From Desulfotalea psychrophila LSv54 (GTDB taxonomy: Bacteria > Desulfobacterota > Desulfobulbia > Desulfobulbales > Desulfocapsaceae), in contig NC_006138.1 in NCBI RefSeq assembly GCF_000025945.1, positions 2,910,001 through 2,942,000 of the forward strand: DNA of 32,000 nt, in the 5' to 3' direction. Position 1 is the first letter of the stretch; each line of letters begins with the position of its first letter. The position numbers and the translations under genes were made by a program. Shown in pieces: positions 29,367 through 32,000 of this stretch. Under the pieces are notes generated by a model. That model searched no databases. It worked only from the letters and a program-made list of their open reading frames with translations, and was not told the origin of the DNA.

Positions 29367-29484
29367 TTTTTCTCCCTATCTGGTATTTGCTTAAATAGAT
29401 TTTTATAGAACCTAAAAAAGTTTATTATAAAGAAAAAGATTTCTTTATTTACAGCTAGTCACTTCTTACTACATAATATAAAAA

Positions 29485-30688
29485 ATGAAAATAACTTCAA
29501 GAATACCCTTCCTGCTCTACGGCTATCTGGCAACTGAAATGCTTGCACCTTTTTTTGCAACCTTTCTGGTTATGAACGCTGTCTTTTTTCTTGTTAAGTT
29601 AATCCCCTTCTTAAACTTCGTTATCCAGCTCCATGTCGGATTTACAGATTTTGTCCGCCTACTCTCCTACCTCTTTTCCAAATATTTTTCTCTACACCCT
29701 GCCCATGGCCTCAATGCTTGGCATAACCATATGCTTCTCAAGACTGTCCACTGATATGGAGCTTCTGGCCCTAAAGGCAGGTGGGATATCTATATATAAA
29801 ATTCTACCACCCGTTTTTCTTGTTGCCTCAGCCATTACCCTCATTGCCTTTTACTTTTCTACCCAGCTCATCCCTGCAAGCGAGCTAGCAATGAAAAAGC
29901 TCAGTTACCAGATACTCAAAGAAAAAATCGACCAAGGCATTCAGGCCCATAAATTCACCGATGCCATGGGAGACATTGTTATCTATGTCGACAAAGTCGA
30001 CAAGGAGACGGGCGATTGGCACAATGTCTGGGTTTCTGACATGCGTGGGGTGAAACAACCCACCATAACCATGGCACGCAGCGGCAGCATGAAGAGCAAC
30101 AGCAAACAAATGAGTATTACCATCAAACTAACAGATGGCAGTCTGCACCGCCCCGAAGAGCAGGGGACTGAAATCATCACCTTCAAAGATTACACCATCA
30201 ATATGCCGCTCGAAACCGGTGGAAAAAACATTTTTATGCTGCATAAGAGATTACTGTCCATGCCTGAGTTACTGGAACAGGCAAAAAGATGGGGCAATGA
30301 ATCGAAAAAGCGAGGTAGAATCTATCTTATTGAATTTCACAAGCGCCTCATCCTCCCCATCGGTTGTCTGATGCTCAGCTTCCTGGCCCTGCCTCTAGGC
30401 CTACAGGCACGACCAGGAAAAAAGGCAATCGGCATCCCGGTAGGACTCGGAATATTTATTGTTTACTATATCCTGCATACGGTTGGCAAAGAGCTTGCTG
30501 AGGCAGGAACTGTACCCCTTATTCCTGCCCTATGGCTTCCCAATGTACTCTTTTTTCTCCTCGCTATCTTTTGGATTTATCGAGCCACAAATGAGAAGGG
30601 ACTTTTTCCTACCAGGTGCTCTCTTTTTCTGACAAGACTCTTTTCCAGACTGAAGAGAAAAATAACCCGTCTCAAAAAAAATACCTAA
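29485..30688 (+). CDS. LptF/LptG family permease, interrupted by an apparent 1-nt insertion at 29674-29677
   Basis: ORF 29485..29754 (MKITSRIPFLLYGYLATEMLAPFFATFLVMNAVFFLVKLIPFLNFVIQLHVGFTDFVRLLSYLF) continues in another frame in ORF 29633..30688 (PNIFLYTLPMASMLGITICFSRLSTDMELLALKAGGISIYKILPP...FLALPLGLQARPGKKAIGIPVGL). Confidence 0.82.
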
Positions 30689-30697
30689 GAGGCAAAG

Positions 30698-32000
30698 ATG
30701 AAACTGTTTACCACCGAGCAGATGCGAAAGATCGACCATCAGGCCATCAACGATTACGGTATTCCCGGAGCAGTTTTAATGGAAAATGCGGGACGGGAGA
30801 CAGTAGGTCTAATGCAACAAGCCCTGGGAACCTGCGCTAACAGCTTTATCCCAATCTTCATCGGCCCCGGCAACAACGGCGGTGATGGTTTTGTTGTTGG
30901 CCGCCACCTCTATCAGCTAGGGGGAAGACCAATTTTCTTCCTCCTCTCCGACCCAGAAAAATACACGCCGGACAGTAAACTCAACTTTCATATAGCTGAA
31001 AAGACAGGCCTGCCCACCTACCCCCTCAAGAGCGACTCAGACTTCCGGCAACTGACTACCATCTGCCAGCAGGAACTTGGAGCAGGCAGAAGATGCTATG
31101 CCCTCGTTGATGCCCTCTTCGGCATTGGCCTCGATCGGGAGATAGGTGACCACTACGCCCGTATCATTAACCTGATTAACGCCCAACAGAGGGACCGGGC
31201 CCTGCCCCAGGCACCTGTTATCTCCTGTGACATGCCCTCGGGCATCCACACCGAGACAGGCGCTATCATGGGCGTGGCCATAGGGGCAGACCACACGGCA
31301 AGCTACAGTTTCGCTAAACCTGGTCAGATGCAGGGGGCAGGTGCATCTCTTGTTGGTGACCTGCATATCCTGGACATTGGTGCTCCCCGGCAAATAGCGG
31401 CGAAGATAGCCAACACATTTGCTACGACCGGCAGAGAGGATGCCTGTAAAACCCTGAAAACGATCCGGAGAGGCCCTCTTTCCCATAAAGGCAGTCACGG
31501 CCACCTCCTGATCGTTGCCGGCTCTCTTGGCATGACTGGGGCCGCCATACTCGCTTCCGAGGCCAGTTTAGCCATGGGTACGGGACTAACAAGCCTTGTC
31601 ACCACCAAAAGTCTCAATCCTATTTTTGAAATGCGCCTGGCCGAGGTGATTACCATCCCCCTCTCCGGCGAAGATAATTTTTTTACTGTCTCTCATTTTG
31701 AAAGAATATGTCAGGCTGCCATGGGCAAGAAGATAACGATTATTGGCCCGGGTATGGGAAATAACAGGACAAGTTTTGATCTGGTAAAAAAACTGTATCA
31801 AAACCTGAAGCTACCAATGCTCATCGATGCCGATGGCCTCAATGCCCTAGCCACTGAAAGAGGCCTCTTAACAAAAGCTGCCGGACCACGCATCTTCACC
31901 CCCCATCCTGGAGAAATGGCCCGGCTCCTCGACATCTCCACTGAAGAAGTAGAAGCAGACAGAGCAGCCGCGGTAGAAAAATTTATGCATATTTTCAGCG
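30698..32000 (+). CDS. nnr: Bifunctional NAD(P)H-hydrate epimerase / ADP-dependent NAD(P)H-hydrate dehydratase, 5' portion (runs past window edge)
   Basis: Translation MKLFTTEQMRKIDHQAINDYGIPGAVLMENAGRETV...FIGPGNNGGDGFVVGRHL...VDALFGIGLDREI...VISCDMPSGIHTETG and C-terminal domain LSHKGSHGHLLIVAGSLGMTGAAILASEA...IIGPGMG...LPMLIDADGLNAL...IFTPHPGEMARLL. Confidence 0.95.
   Translation, partial: MKLFTTEQMRKIDHQAINDYGIPGAVLMENAGRETVGLMQQALGTCANSFIPIFIGPGNNGGDGFVVGRHLYQLGGRPIFFLLSDPEKYTPDSKLNFHIAEKTGLPTYPLKSDSDFRQLTTICQQELGAGRRCYALVDALFGIGLDREIGDHYARIINLINAQQRDRALPQAPVISCDMPSGIHTETGAIMGVAIGADHTASYSFAKPGQMQGAGASLVGDLHILDIGAPRQIAAKIANTFATTGREDACKTLKTIRRGPLSHKGSHGHLLIVAGSLGMTGAAILASEASLAMGTGLTSLVTTKSLNPIFEMRLAEVITIPLSGEDNFFTVSHFERICQAAMGKKITIIGPGMGNNRTSFDLVKKLYQNLKLPMLIDADGLNALATERGLLTKAAGPRIFTPHPGEMARLLDISTEEVEADRAAAVEKFMHIFS

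Noticed and set aside
29633-30688. Calling 29633 the true start of an independent permease gene
   Set aside because: The first residues (MSDLQILSAYSPTS) are a frame artefact. The missing N-terminal TM is encoded just upstream in the other frame.
31037-31504. 155-aa minus-strand ORF
   Set aside because: Antisense shadow of the YjeF/NnrD-type gene, which has strong domain motifs on the plus strand.
1-32000. tRNA, rRNA or intact prophage
   Set aside because: No cloverleaf-like gene, rRNA segment or phage structural/integrase genes could be recognised by eye. A tRNAscan-SE/Infernal run would be needed to exclude small RNAs.

Overview
The window looks like a deltaproteobacterial chromosome segment (Desulfotalea/Desulfobulbaceae-like; organism is inference from gene content). 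It carries (1) a plus-strand cell-division/envelope block: ftsE 3' end, ftsX, an EnvC-like M23 activator and an S41 C-terminal processing protease. (2) A convergent minus-strand four-gene Wadjet/MksBEFG-like operon (jetA-jetB-jetC-jetD, 9390 to 4032) with ABC/SMC and Toprim motifs. (3) A degenerate accessory stretch (about 9.4-13.6 kb) with one uncharacterised 473-aa ORF, a 4 x 42-bp tandem repeat, a GC-rich dyad-containing segment, a small ORF and an IS30-like transposase relic. (4) A minus-strand Ser/Thr signalling module (PP2C phosphatase, PEGA-containing kinase, triple-FHA protein) with a decayed formylglycine-generating-enzyme (FGE/sulfatase-modifying) domain between kinase and FHA gene. 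(5) A light-stress-type cluster: class II photolyase, DUF523/DUF1722 protein, SDR/DUF2867 protein, plus a DUF2878-like pseudogene. (6) ssb, a GT2 glycosyltransferase, RNase E/G, an M23 peptidase, a small zinc-ribbon ORF, a frameshifted LptF/LptG-type permease and a YjeF/NnrD-type bifunctional enzyme running off the right edge. The best novelty candidate is the Wadjet-like operon with its adjacent 473-aa orphan gene. The Wadjet family itself is known; a functional link to the orphan gene is speculative.
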